From Bdellovibrionota bacterium FG-1 (GTDB lineage Bacteria; Bdellovibrionota; UBA1018): DNA of 64,000 nt. Every line of letters begins with the position of its first letter. Position 1 is the first letter of the stretch. The position numbers and the translations under genes are program-made. Below are positions 38,877 to 48,592 of this stretch, in pieces. The notes under the pieces were generated by a model, which was given only the letters and a program-made list of their open reading frames with translations, was not told the DNA's origin and did no database searches. The DNA is taken from NCBI GenBank assembly GCA_051382295.1, contig JBBCAW010000023.1:14372-78371 (forward strand), given 5' to 3'.

Positions 38877-39143
38877 TTAATGAGTGACGGATTCGCCGTT
38901 TAAAACCTGATAGAGTCTTTTTTTTCGGGCATTCATCTCAGTTTTCTGAAAGGCCACCGGCCCCGACTCCTTGGACTTTTCGAGCGCTTCCTTTTCAAAC
39001 TCGGGCCATTCGCCCGCCGCCTCTTCTTCCATAATGGTATGACGATCATTCAGGTAAATCTTGGGCGCACATGAAACTAAAGCGATCATGATGATCGGCC
39101 CAACCGCCGTAATCACAACGTTACGCAGAAAAAAATAACTCAT
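38877..39143 (-). CDS. small lipoprotein (YnbE/YdbL-like position)
   Basis: Lipobox LVSC; overlaps the stop of the upstream AsmA-like gene. Confidence 0.65.
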   Translation of the reverse strand: MSYFFLRNVVITAVGPIIMIALVSCAPKIYLNDRHTIMEEEAAGEWPEFEKEALEKSKESGPVAFQKTEMNARKKRLYQVLNGESVTH

Positions 39144-41980
39144 TTTAGGGGAACCTCCTCAGTTTTCTTGACAAAATCCGCAGTTGCCGATGAAACAAAA
39201 CCAGACAAGGGGATGCCGCGCACCTCAACCCCTTTTGAAATACCTAGCACGGCCAACTCGACACTCATATCCATATAACCTTTTTGAAAGGCCAAGGCCA
39301 CGAAGGTCGGATAGCCCACTCCCAAAGCGGAGCGCAGCGTGTTCATTTTTTCGTTTTCGTATTTTGGATCCAACACATTAATCAAAGTAATCAACTGTGC
39401 GCCGCCAATCTCGGTGATATCCAGGCGCCCGTCCACGCTTTGTTGATTCAAATTGAACACCAGCCCAGAACGAAGGCTCACATTCTTAACCCCTTTCGGA
39501 GCTCGAACCAAGTACTTCTGAGGCAAGATCTCTTGAAGATTGAGAGAAGTCAGGCGCGAAAGAAAGCCGAGCTGCAAATTGGCCGGCAACACATCGAAGT
39601 ACATTTCGCCATACGCACGACCACTGGTGCCAAGGCTCAGATCAAAACGATGGGCAAAAATCATGTTTTGCCGAATTGAAAAATAACCGGTCAGCGGGCC
39701 ATAGGTCTTTTCTTCAAAACCAATTTCTTCAGCGCGCACCTGGCTCACCCCCTCGATGAGGGGTCGAAGCCGCTCATAATCCACTCGTTCAAAGGGGTTT
39801 TGCGTGATTAAATAGGCAAATTTGATGCCTTTACCGTCCCAAAGCAGCTTTTCTTGAACAGGCACGCTGCCTGAAATTCCGCTGATGCGTTGGTTAACCG
39901 TAGCAAAACCTAAATCCCGAAGATTCAGATCGCCTTCAAAGTTGATTTCACGACCCTGGAGAACCGAAAGAGTCCATGGAAACTCGATGCGGCCCCGAAT
40001 TTTTTTCCCCTCAATCTCTGGAAAATCCTTCGGAACTTGAAAGACAAAACTTCCTTGAGTCTGAAGATCCTTCAGCTGAACTCGGCCGGTCGCATGAGCA
40101 GAAACCTGGATCATGCCGTGATTAAAATCCCCGGAAAACTTTTCGAGCGTCAAGCGCTCACCATCCCGCACGCTCGCCTTCATGGCCAATTGAAGCCCCC
40201 CCAGCGAAGAAACGTGCGAAGCACGCGTCGTGACTTCTTTCGCTAAGGTGATCGCCCCTTGAGTCCATTCAAATGAAACATCCAGATCTTTCGCCAATTC
40301 GATCTGCGGCGAGTGTACCGAAGCCTTGAGATGGCAATCCGCGACCTTTGCGATTTTCGAGACTTCTAAGGAGGGAAGATCTGCCGCTAGATCGGCCTCC
40401 AAGCGACCATGATCCAACTGCACTTGATGCGTGAAGGTCAGCGGCGCCAAGGTGACCGATGAAACCAAAGAACCGGGTGAACTGGATGAAACCACCGTTG
40501 TTCCATGGGTACTGAGATTTTGATTCGCAGTCTTTAGATCAAACTGGGACTTGACCTGCCACTTCCCGATCTTGGGATTTTGGAGGTCCACGGTTGCGTT
40601 AACGGCCGCCTGGCTCTGTGCAAAATCCCAGTCCAAAGCAGCCGAAAGAGCCGCACTCGCCGGCGCGATTTCTTTCAATACGGCGGCTTGCGCTAAAATT
40701 CCGGCTAACCGAGGATCTAAACTCGGCTTGAGGTTACCTTCAAACCGCAACTTCGAGCCCATTTGAGCGCCAAAATCGAGGGCCAATAAATGAACTTGAT
40801 TGAGCTCGACAGCGGCCTTGCCTTTGATCGAGCCCAGATCCTGAGGCAAACTCGCCATAGCCTTCACTTCTAATTGCGCGGGCTTCAAAAAAATTCCTTT
40901 TGAAACAAGGTGACTAATCGTCCAGTCCAAATTAAAATCGATATTTTTAGCCTGCGCTTGAGTCAGGGCCCCATCGATCGTCATTTTTTGCGAAACAAAC
41001 TCGAGCCGCGTTTGTTTTACCCCCTGAACTTGCTCGATCCGAGTTTTTCCGAGTTGCAGGGTATTTTTCAGCTCAAACGATTGAACCGATTGGGATTCGG
41101 CGCGCAAAACTTCTGCACTCCTTGCCAATAGTTTGGCCTTCGAAACCCAGTGCATTCCCTCGACTTGGGCCCGTACCGAAGCACCCTGGCCCTCCTGGGT
41201 CAAAGAAAGTTTTTTCAAACCCCATTGAAATTCAGAGGGCTGAACTTCATAGAACCATTGACCCTCTTGTTGATGGAGGCTGGCAACCCACTTGGCGTGA
41301 GCATAGGGAAAGGCCTCAACCTCAAGCCGGCCGGAGCCCTGTTTAGACATAAAACGGACCTGCGAGGAATCGCCCCACTCGACTGATCCAGTCGACAAAA
41401 AGCGACCTGCTTGCATCTCGAACGCAGTATTCAGATTCAGGTGTTTGACCCGAGCCGTGACCTCAGATCCCTCATCGCGGTAGTTCAAATCGAGGCTGAG
41501 ATCCTCGACCACGAACTCCTTGAGCGTTACGCTCAAAGGGGGGTGAGCCAATAATTTTCGAACCCCTTCCATCCCCTCTGATTTTGGCCCCTCTGACTTT
41601 CCCCCACCTGTCTTTGCCACCGAAGTTTGAACCGTCGGATGACTGACCCGAACCCGATCGATTCGCAGCGACTTTGAAAAAAGTGCGAACGAATACCCCA
41701 CCTCAATCGTTTTGACGAAAACGTCAATGGGTTGATGGGCCCCCTTCAACGAGTAGATATGCAAGTTTTCAAAATGGAAACCGGAGAAGATGGAGAACCG
41801 CCCCTCCTGATACTCCGTCTGAATACCCCACTCATGAGCCAGTTTTTCACGGGCAAAACTCAAAATCCTCTTAGATCCCGAAGCACTCCCTAAGTAAAAA
41901 CCTCCGGCAATCAATAAAAGCAGCGTGATAGCAAGCACTCCCAAGAGTGCGCTCCCGGCAAATTTCAATCCTCGAATCAT
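39140..41980 (-). CDS. AsmA/TamB/YdbH-like intermembrane protein
   Basis: 946 aa; single N-terminal TM anchor followed by a long beta-rich sequence. Confidence 0.6.
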   Translation of the reverse strand: MIRGLKFAGSALLGVLAITLLLLIAGGFYLGSASGSKRILSFAREKLAHEWGIQTEYQEGRFSIFSGFHFENLHIYSLKGAHQPIDVFVKTIEVGYSFALFSKSLRIDRVRVSHPTVQTSVAKTGGGKSEGPKSEGMEGVRKLLAHPPLSVTLKEFVVEDLSLDLNYRDEGSEVTARVKHLNLNTAFEMQAGRFLSTGSVEWGDSSQVRFMSKQGSGRLEVEAFPYAHAKWVASLHQQEGQWFYEVQPSEFQWGLKKLSLTQEGQGASVRAQVEGMHWVSKAKLLARSAEVLRAESQSVQSFELKNTLQLGKTRIEQVQGVKQTRLEFVSQKMTIDGALTQAQAKNIDFNLDWTISHLVSKGIFLKPAQLEVKAMASLPQDLGSIKGKAAVELNQVHLLALDFGAQMGSKLRFEGNLKPSLDPRLAGILAQAAVLKEIAPASAALSAALDWDFAQSQAAVNATVDLQNPKIGKWQVKSQFDLKTANQNLSTHGTTVVSSSSPGSLVSSVTLAPLTFTHQVQLDHGRLEADLAADLPSLEVSKIAKVADCHLKASVHSPQIELAKDLDVSFEWTQGAITLAKEVTTRASHVSSLGGLQLAMKASVRDGERLTLEKFSGDFNHGMIQVSAHATGRVQLKDLQTQGSFVFQVPKDFPEIEGKKIRGRIEFPWTLSVLQGREINFEGDLNLRDLGFATVNQRISGISGSVPVQEKLLWDGKGIKFAYLITQNPFERVDYERLRPLIEGVSQVRAEEIGFEEKTYGPLTGYFSIRQNMIFAHRFDLSLGTSGRAYGEMYFDVLPANLQLGFLSRLTSLNLQEILPQKYLVRAPKGVKNVSLRSGLVFNLNQQSVDGRLDITEIGGAQLITLINVLDPKYENEKMNTLRSALGVGYPTFVALAFQKGYMDMSVELAVLGISKGVEVRGIPLSGFVSSATADFVKKTEEVPLK

Positions 41981-42112
41981 GGGTTAGTTTTACCCTCTGG
42001 TATTGAAGTCGTCGACGAGTCTTTTAATGACTCGCTGCGCATCCAACAACAAAAAGAAACTCCCAGCGGTCCGCCCTTGTTTAGTTCTAAGGTTTCGATA
42101 CAATTTCTTGAG

Positions 42113-43177
42113 ATGACCACATTAGAAACCCCAGAAACCCCGGCTCCTGAAGTCCCGATTCACAACAGCGACGAATTTATTCAGCACTTTGCTATGGGTG
42201 CGATTAAAACCATCAAAGACCTCTGCAACACGGTCGCACGTTTTGAACGGGTCGATGAAGGGACTGATCGTACGAATGTCTCCCCCGAAATCGCCGGCAT
42301 CATCGGTATTACCGGCAAGGCCTTTGAAGGGGCCATGAGCATCCTTTTTCCAAAATCGGTGTTTCTCCTCCTCATGAATCGCATGCTCGGCGAAAGTTAC
42401 GCCGAGATTCCGCCAGAACTTGCCGATGGTGCGGCCGAACTTTCAAATATTATTTTTGGTCACGCCAAGGTCGGGCTCAACGCCGCAGGGCATGATATTC
42501 GAATGTCCCTTCCCACGGTGCTTCTAGGTACTGACATCCAATCCCGCGCGCAGGCGATGAAAGATGCGGTCACGATCATTCTTGAAACTGAAGCCGGACT
42601 GATCGCCATTGAAATTGCGGGACGGGTCAAAAAACAAGAGGCGCCCGCTACCTTCAAAGCCGGGGGGACAAACTCGCAGGTTCCAAAATTGGACGCCTCG
42701 GTCATGCTGGAGTTTATTGAAGGCACGAGAAAAACCCTCAACACTCTTTGCAAAGCCATTCCGGTAGCGGAACGCCCTTTCATGAAGGACGGAACCAAAA
42801 CCTATAATTTTGAAATTGGCGGAATGATTGGCGTTACTGGCGCGGCGTTTGGCGGTAATTTTTCGATTTGCTTTGAATTGGCTGTATTCATGAAGGTTTT
42901 GGAAGGCATGTTTGGCGAACCTGTCACCAAAATTGAACCAGGAATGGATGATGCGGCGGCCGAGATAGTCAACATGGTCTTCGGCGTAGTCAAGCAGGTG
43001 TTGAACGGAAAAGGCTATGCGCTCCAAATGGCCATTCCGACGATCATCAGCGGAAAAGGACTCCAGTCGCTTTATCCCGCCCGAAAACCGCCGATTGTGA
43101 TTCCTTTTCAACTCTATGACGGGCATTTTTGGGTGGAGTTCGCCTTTGACGAAGAAAAGGCGAATCGAAAGAAGTAG
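42113..43177 (+). CDS. tandem CheX-domain phosphatase
   Basis: Two CheX-like repeats, each with GxIGxTG, an ExxN motif (AELSN, AEIVN) and PT. Confidence 0.85.
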   Translation: MTTLETPETPAPEVPIHNSDEFIQHFAMGAIKTIKDLCNTVARFERVDEGTDRTNVSPEIAGIIGITGKAFEGAMSILFPKSVFLLLMNRMLGESYAEIPPELADGAAELSNIIFGHAKVGLNAAGHDIRMSLPTVLLGTDIQSRAQAMKDAVTIILETEAGLIAIEIAGRVKKQEAPATFKAGGTNSQVPKLDASVMLEFIEGTRKTLNTLCKAIPVAERPFMKDGTKTYNFEIGGMIGVTGAAFGGNFSICFELAVFMKVLEGMFGEPVTKIEPGMDDAAAEIVNMVFGVVKQVLNGKGYALQMAIPTIISGKGLQSLYPARKPPIVIPFQLYDGHFWVEFAFDEEKANRKK

Positions 43178-43202
43178 GAGCGCAGGGTTACCTCAAAAAG
43201 AC

Positions 43203-43259
43203 ACTATAGCAGTATATTGACATAGTATTAGATTAACTATAGCAGTATATTGATATAGT
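43203..43259. promoter_or_regulatory. pair of 24-bp imperfect-palindromic direct repeats (putative operators)
   Basis: ACTATAGCAGTATATTGA(C/T)ATAGT at 43203-43226 and 43236-43259; the first contains TTGACA. Confidence 0.75.
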
Positions 43260-43282
43260 CAATCTTTTAACCAGGAGCACCC

Positions 43283-44545
43283 GTGTCACGCGATCTTATA
43301 GGCCCCCTCACTGACCAGCAAAAAGACCTCTCGGCAAGTCGTAAAATGTGGATTTCGCGCGATATTCATGCGGATTTTGAAAAGACCATGAACTCCTCCC
43401 TCATTAAAGTCATTATGGGAATTCGTCGGGCGGGAAAATCCACCCTCTGCACCCAGGTCGGCCCTGATTCGGCAATTGCTTATTGCAACTTTGACGATGA
43501 ACGCTTGGCTGCAATTACCTCAGAAGACCTGAATGCGATTTATGAGACACTCCTCCAGATCAAACCGCAGGCCAAATTTTTTGTTTTTGATGAAATTCAG
43601 AACGTTGAACATTGGGAACTCTTTATCAACCGTCTTAAACGCAAAGGTCTCAATATTTTGGTCACTGGAAGCAATGGAAAGCTTCTCAGCCTAGAGCTAG
43701 CCACCCATCTGACGGGTCGACAGCTGACCATCGAACTCATGCCGTTTTCGTTTGGAGAATACCTTTGTTTTCAAGGCATCCCTTTGCCTGCAAGTCTCAG
43801 TCAGGTTTCGACCGAAGAGCGCGCCGAGATCCTTCGGCATTTTCAATGGTACTTCGAAAATGGAGGCTTTCCAGAGGTGGTCAGCGGCGAACACCCCGGC
43901 CCTTATCTTCGTGAACTTTTCGACAAAATAGTGAGTCGCGATATCGCGCAAAGGCACGAAATACGAACCCCTAGAATGATCAAACAGCTTGGATTGTTTC
44001 TCATCCAGCAGTCCGGCTCCCTCACTAGCCTCAAAAAAACGCTGGTTTCATTTCAATATCGCAGCGTCAACACGCTTCGAGCTCATATCTCCTACATACA
44101 GGACTCCTACCTCCTGTATGAAGTTTGTGCCTATTCCCACAAAATCCGAGAACGCTCGACCTCTCCCAAAAAAAATTACGCCTGCGATACGGGAATGATG
44201 GCAGCCCTCCACACCAAACCCACGCCAGACTGGGGCATGCGCTTTGAGACTTTAGTTTTTTTACAGCTCCGACGCACTTACCCTGAGATCTTTTACGCAA
44301 AGGGCCCCGATTATGATGTCGACTTTGCGATCACCCAAGACCGTAAAATTTCGCGACTCATCCAGGTTTGCTATGACCTCAACGCGCCAGAAACCTTGGA
44401 GCGTGAACTTCGTTCCCTCATTTGTGCAGCCAAAAAATTTCCCAACGCAAGATTACAGCTCATCACGCGCAACGACGAACGCATCATCGAACAAGAAGGG
44501 ATTAAAATAGAAATCGTTCCTGGCTGGAAATTTTGTCTCACCTAA
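43283..44545 (+). CDS. AAA_14 ATPase with DUF4143
   Basis: GIRRAGKST, FDEIQ, VTGSN, LTGR, GGFPE, DVDF...LIQV. Confidence 0.9.
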   Translation: MSRDLIGPLTDQQKDLSASRKMWISRDIHADFEKTMNSSLIKVIMGIRRAGKSTLCTQVGPDSAIAYCNFDDERLAAITSEDLNAIYETLLQIKPQAKFFVFDEIQNVEHWELFINRLKRKGLNILVTGSNGKLLSLELATHLTGRQLTIELMPFSFGEYLCFQGIPLPASLSQVSTEERAEILRHFQWYFENGGFPEVVSGEHPGPYLRELFDKIVSRDIAQRHEIRTPRMIKQLGLFLIQQSGSLTSLKKTLVSFQYRSVNTLRAHISYIQDSYLLYEVCAYSHKIRERSTSPKKNYACDTGMMAALHTKPTPDWGMRFETLVFLQLRRTYPEIFYAKGPDYDVDFAITQDRKISRLIQVCYDLNAPETLERELRSLICAAKKFPNARLQLITRNDERIIEQEGIKIEIVPGWKFCLT

Positions 44546-44722
44546 CCCGAGTCAGCTGCCCCGGAAACTCCCGCGCGTTCTTCGAAGCCATGCCAACGAT
44601 CCAAAAACTCTTCGTGGGGGACAAACCCACCTTTTAAGCGGCGGCGGGGCCGGCCCAAGTGGCTTTGGCCGTGGACGGGTTGCAAACCATTTGCCAAAAA
44701 CGGCCTCGAAAAACATTAACAC

Positions 44723-46525
44723 ATGAAAGAACCCATCCCATTCCGAGTTTGGCTACCCAGGCAAATCCGCCCTGTCATCCTGGTCGCGGGTCTAATCGGC
44801 ATTGTTTTAAGCTCTGTAACACTCGTACAGACTGCGCGAGACGGAATTGAGCGCTGGAACATGGCGACCCAAACCTGGGCTCGATCGGCAGAAATCCTAA
44901 TTTCGAAACGCGATATTCCCACGCTCGAGGCAGTCTCCGAATTTTTGCGCCATGAATATCCTTCTCTTCGAATCTCAATTTCAGATGACCGGGAAATACC
45001 CCAAGTTCTTTGGAGTTATCCGGAAAATGGCCTCAATCGTGAGCTATCAGACTCAAGAACATTCAACAGGAGGATTGAACTCAATACGACGGGTAAAGTT
45101 TCTGCGGATCTTCGCATAAATTGGTTGGATGTGTTTTATAGAGTCAATATAACTGGAGTGGTCGTCGTCTTCCTACTTTTGCTCGGAATGTTGAGTTTTA
45201 TCTGGATTTTGCGTCTATGTACCCTGCGTATCGTAAATGAGGTAGACCGTCTAAAATTTGGGTCTACCTCTGCCGTTCTTGAACTGACTGAGCTAGTCAA
45301 GGCACGCGAACAAGCTGAGAAGGAACGCACAGAGACCAAGGGAAAGGTCGCTTTGGGCCTTCTTGCGACTCAAGTTGCACATGACATTCGCTCACCTTTG
45401 GCCTCACTCGAAATGGCTACAAAAGATTCCTCAGGTTTGCCTGAAGATACTCGGATTATCATTCGGAGCGCGGTTGGACGCATAAAGGATATTGCACACA
45501 CTTTACTCATTCAAAATCGTGCAAACTCTCAATCAGGATCCATCCTTCAAGTCGATTGTTCCACTCATGTTGAGAATAAATCTATTCAACTACTTTCTAG
45601 CTCGATTGATGAAATCATATCCGAAAAACGAATGCAATTTCGGACGAAGCTTGGAATTCAGATTTCTGCCAGACTAGACGAAGCATCCTACGGCCTATTT
45701 TCCTTGATTCAGCCCACAGAATTTAAACGTGTACTTTCGAACCTAATCAACAATAGCGTAGAAACTCTCGGTGAACAGGGCACAATTGCGGCTGATCTTT
45801 CGGTTACCAATGAGCAATTCATTCAAATTCGAATTCAAGACAATGGTAAAGGAATTCCCGCCGAGCTTCTTGCGAAGCTTGGCAATAGAGGTGAAACTCA
45901 CGGTAAGGAGGGTGGCTCTGGACTCGGGTTATTTCATGCCCGCACCTCAATTGAAAACTGGGGTGGAAAATTTGCAATCGATTCGAAGGTAGGCCAAGGC
46001 ACCACAACGCTCATTACTCTACCCAAGCTAAAAGCACCAGCTTGGTTTGCAGACGCCCTTAGGCTTCAACCCAAGTCAACTGTGGTTATCTTAGACGATG
46101 ACGAGAGCATTCATCATATTTGGGATGGACGGGCAGATTCGTCTAAATTTCAAGAACAGGGAATAAAACTCGTTCATCTCTCTACCCCTTTGCAAGTCCG
46201 CAATTGGATTTCAAGCTCGACAGACAAAACCGTGCCGATTCAATTTCTTTTTGATTACGAATTACTTGATTTTAAGGAGTCTGGCTTAGATCTGGTTGAA
46301 AAATTAGGTATTGCTCGACAAACGATATTGGTCACTAGCCGTTACGAAGAACTAGCCATTCGGGAACGGTGTGAAAAGCTAAAACTTCGCATGATACCAA
46401 AAGGTATGGCTGGGTTTGTGCCCATAAGTATTAGGGACTTACGTATTACCATCCTTGAAGACAAATCGGTTTCAGTTTCATGCGTTTTTGTAGATCCAAG
46501 CGCTCCGGTCAAAGCCTCGGATTAA
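44723..46525 (+). CDS. membrane sensor histidine kinase with C-terminal receiver-like domain
   Basis: H-box AHDIRSPL, NLINNS, DNGKG, GSGLGL; receiver-like LDDD...FDYEL...VTS...PK. Confidence 0.88.
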   Translation: MKEPIPFRVWLPRQIRPVILVAGLIGIVLSSVTLVQTARDGIERWNMATQTWARSAEILISKRDIPTLEAVSEFLRHEYPSLRISISDDREIPQVLWSYPENGLNRELSDSRTFNRRIELNTTGKVSADLRINWLDVFYRVNITGVVVVFLLLLGMLSFIWILRLCTLRIVNEVDRLKFGSTSAVLELTELVKAREQAEKERTETKGKVALGLLATQVAHDIRSPLASLEMATKDSSGLPEDTRIIIRSAVGRIKDIAHTLLIQNRANSQSGSILQVDCSTHVENKSIQLLSSSIDEIISEKRMQFRTKLGIQISARLDEASYGLFSLIQPTEFKRVLSNLINNSVETLGEQGTIAADLSVTNEQFIQIRIQDNGKGIPAELLAKLGNRGETHGKEGGSGLGLFHARTSIENWGGKFAIDSKVGQGTTTLITLPKLKAPAWFADALRLQPKSTVVILDDDESIHHIWDGRADSSKFQEQGIKLVHLSTPLQVRNWISSSTDKTVPIQFLFDYELLDFKESGLDLVEKLGIARQTILVTSRYEELAIRERCEKLKLRMIPKGMAGFVPISIRDLRITILEDKSVSVSCVFVDPSAPVKASD

Positions 46526-46539
46526 CGCCCCGATCCCAC

Positions 46540-46645
46540 GTGGGGGGCTCCCGGAAAAAGTGAGGGGATCCGCGCGCGCAGGATGCGCTTTTTGCGCGGA
46601 GGCCAAGGAAGGCCGACCCCGACATCTTTTACCGGGAGCCCCCAC
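46540..46645. repeat. 106-bp REP-like composite stem-loop between convergent genes
   Basis: Arms GTGGGGGGCTCCCGGAAAAAG and CTTTTACCGGGAGCCCCCAC enclose inner hairpins GCGCAGGATGCGC and GGCCAAGGAAGGCC. Confidence 0.75.
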
Positions 46646-46646
46646 C

Positions 46647-47651
46647 TCAAAATCCGTAGGTCATCCCCAAAGTCAAAGACGACGAAGAGATCACAATCCC
46701 GTAATCCACTAAGTTCAAATTAATCGCCGCCAGATCCACCGACACACCCAGTGTACGGCCACTCTGAAGAGGCCAGGAATAACCTAAACCCGTGGCGATT
46801 TCGTGGCTATCCAGCGAAGTAAAACCAAAATCGGCCGACACGGGCGAAAATTTAAAATAACCGCCGATGGAATCGCCTTTTTTGAAAAGTCTGCGAATCG
46901 TAGGAAAAATCTGCGGACCCGCCATGTTTTGAAATCCAAAACTCGCGGAGCGCACAAACATCGTCGTATAGTAAAGACCCGTTTGAAGACTGACTCGCCA
47001 AGGCTCGTGCACAAAGGGCAACAAGTATCCAACCCTCAAATTGATTCCCAAAAAACGGGCCGCATCATCTTGATTGGCGGCAAAGGGCAACACCGTAAAA
47101 AAAACGCTCGCGCCCCAATCAAAATGAGGGGGCAACAACATCGAGGCATAGGTCGCCTTTGCCGTCAGACCCAACTCCGAAAAAGGAGTACTGAGGCGAT
47201 TGTCATTCACCGAAATTCGACTCACTCCAAAACCCGGCGTAAAAAATCGGGTTTTGGGCGGGCGCGAAGCCGCGCTCTCCTTAAATTTTAGCCACTGCGC
47301 GATAAAAATCCCAATTTCCTGTTTTCGTAAAGTTCCACGTGCATCAATCACATAGAGGTCAAGCTGAGTAGCTTGAGTCTTGATCGGCACCTTCAACTCA
47401 AAATCCCCGGATGGCTTAAGCAGTACGACGTCATCCTTCCAAATGAGCGTCACATGGGGAGTCACACATCGCGCGCTCACCTTGGCGGTGTAAACCACCT
47501 CGGTACCGCGAGGCGTGACTTCCATTTCGGGGCCCGGCTCCGTGATTTGAAGATCAGGAGTCTTGGCCTTCCCGCCCTCTTGCACATATACGGCAATCCC
47601 CTTCAAATCACCCGCCTGCGCGAGACCGATGCTCCAAAAAACACTCGCCAC
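46647..47651 (-). CDS. hypothetical outer-membrane protein
   Basis: Ig-like N-terminal part, beta-barrel-like C-terminal part ending YGF; start uncertain. Confidence 0.6.
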   Translation of the reverse strand: MASVFWSIGLAQAGDLKGIAVYVQEGGKAKTPDLQITEPGPEMEVTPRGTEVVYTAKVSARCVTPHVTLIWKDDVVLLKPSGDFELKVPIKTQATQLDLYVIDARGTLRKQEIGIFIAQWLKFKESAASRPPKTRFFTPGFGVSRISVNDNRLSTPFSELGLTAKATYASMLLPPHFDWGASVFFTVLPFAANQDDAARFLGINLRVGYLLPFVHEPWRVSLQTGLYYTTMFVRSASFGFQNMAGPQIFPTIRRLFKKGDSIGGYFKFSPVSADFGFTSLDSHEIATGLGYSWPLQSGRTLGVSVDLAAINLNLVDYGIVISSSSLTLGMTYGF

Positions 47652-47684
47652 CGCAATTTGAAAACCCCATTTTAAACGAATAAA

Positions 47685-48377
47685 TCAATGCCCTTCTGAA
47701 AGAACTGCTTGAATTGCCGGCAAATGCCCCATGGCGGGCTTCTTTTGCACGAGCTCTTGAGCCACTTGATAAGCCTCCGTGCCCCGTCCCAGATCTCTCA
47801 GCGAATGAATTTCCTGCAACCACGCCGGTAGCAAATCGGGATCGCCCTGTCTTCCCTTATGAAAGAAAGCCAAGGCCTCCTGGATCCGTCCTGCCGATGC
47901 GGACTTTTCACCCTGCTGTAAATATTCCTCGGCGCTAGAGGGAGCCGCCACCTCACTCTCCCAATCTTTAGCCACGGCTTGTTTCTGGACCGCCTGCTTG
48001 AACCCTTCGACAATCGCGGGGGCGATCTTCGCGACGACAGGCTTAGCAACAACAGGCCGTACAGCATAAATTTTAGCCAAGCCAAACTTTCTGCGCCAAA
48101 AGGAAAGTAAAGCCGCCTGCCCCTGTTCAGGGGTCAAAGCAGCCGCACGAGGCAACGAAATTCGTTGGCCAATCCGAATTCGATAAGGAGGCTGGATCTC
48201 GTTTTTCTTAGCAATTTCACGCCAAAACCGAGAATGACCATAAAGTTGAATCGAAATCACAGAAAGGGTTTCGCCCCGCTCCCGAACCACATATTCCTTT
48301 TGAGAGGGGGGCGGCGGGGCTGCCCAAACCTTAGACAGGCCTAACAAAACCCCTAAAAAGCACCCCACCCGGACCAT
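47685..48377 (-). CDS. LysM domain plus TPR protein
   Basis: YVVRERGETLSVISIQLYG...W.EIA..N.I......IGQRISLP LysM; C-terminal TPR-like helices. Confidence 0.85.
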   Translation of the reverse strand: MVRVGCFLGVLLGLSKVWAAPPPPSQKEYVVRERGETLSVISIQLYGHSRFWREIAKKNEIQPPYRIRIGQRISLPRAAALTPEQGQAALLSFWRRKFGLAKIYAVRPVVAKPVVAKIAPAIVEGFKQAVQKQAVAKDWESEVAAPSSAEEYLQQGEKSASAGRIQEALAFFHKGRQGDPDLLPAWLQEIHSLRDLGRGTEAYQVAQELVQKKPAMGHLPAIQAVLSEGH

Positions 48378-48592
48378 CCCTAAACGGCGGATTTCAAAGA
48401 TATTTATGAGCAAAGGATGACGCATTTGTTCTGAGTATACCCAGGGGGTCAAAGAGGCAGCAAGAGGTTTCATTATTTCCCTCAACTTTTGACGCACCGC
48501 ACCGATAAAGTAGTAGATCAAACATTGACTAATTTAGTCAACTTCTTCAAAATAGAATGAAAGACCTTCCCTGTTCACCACTTAGGGGGAAT

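Noticed and set aside
44610..44700. Possible c-di-GMP-I riboswitch (GGCAAA...AAAGCC on the minus strand)
   Set aside because: It lacks the GAAA-capped P2 stem and GACGC motif and faces away from the adjacent gene start.
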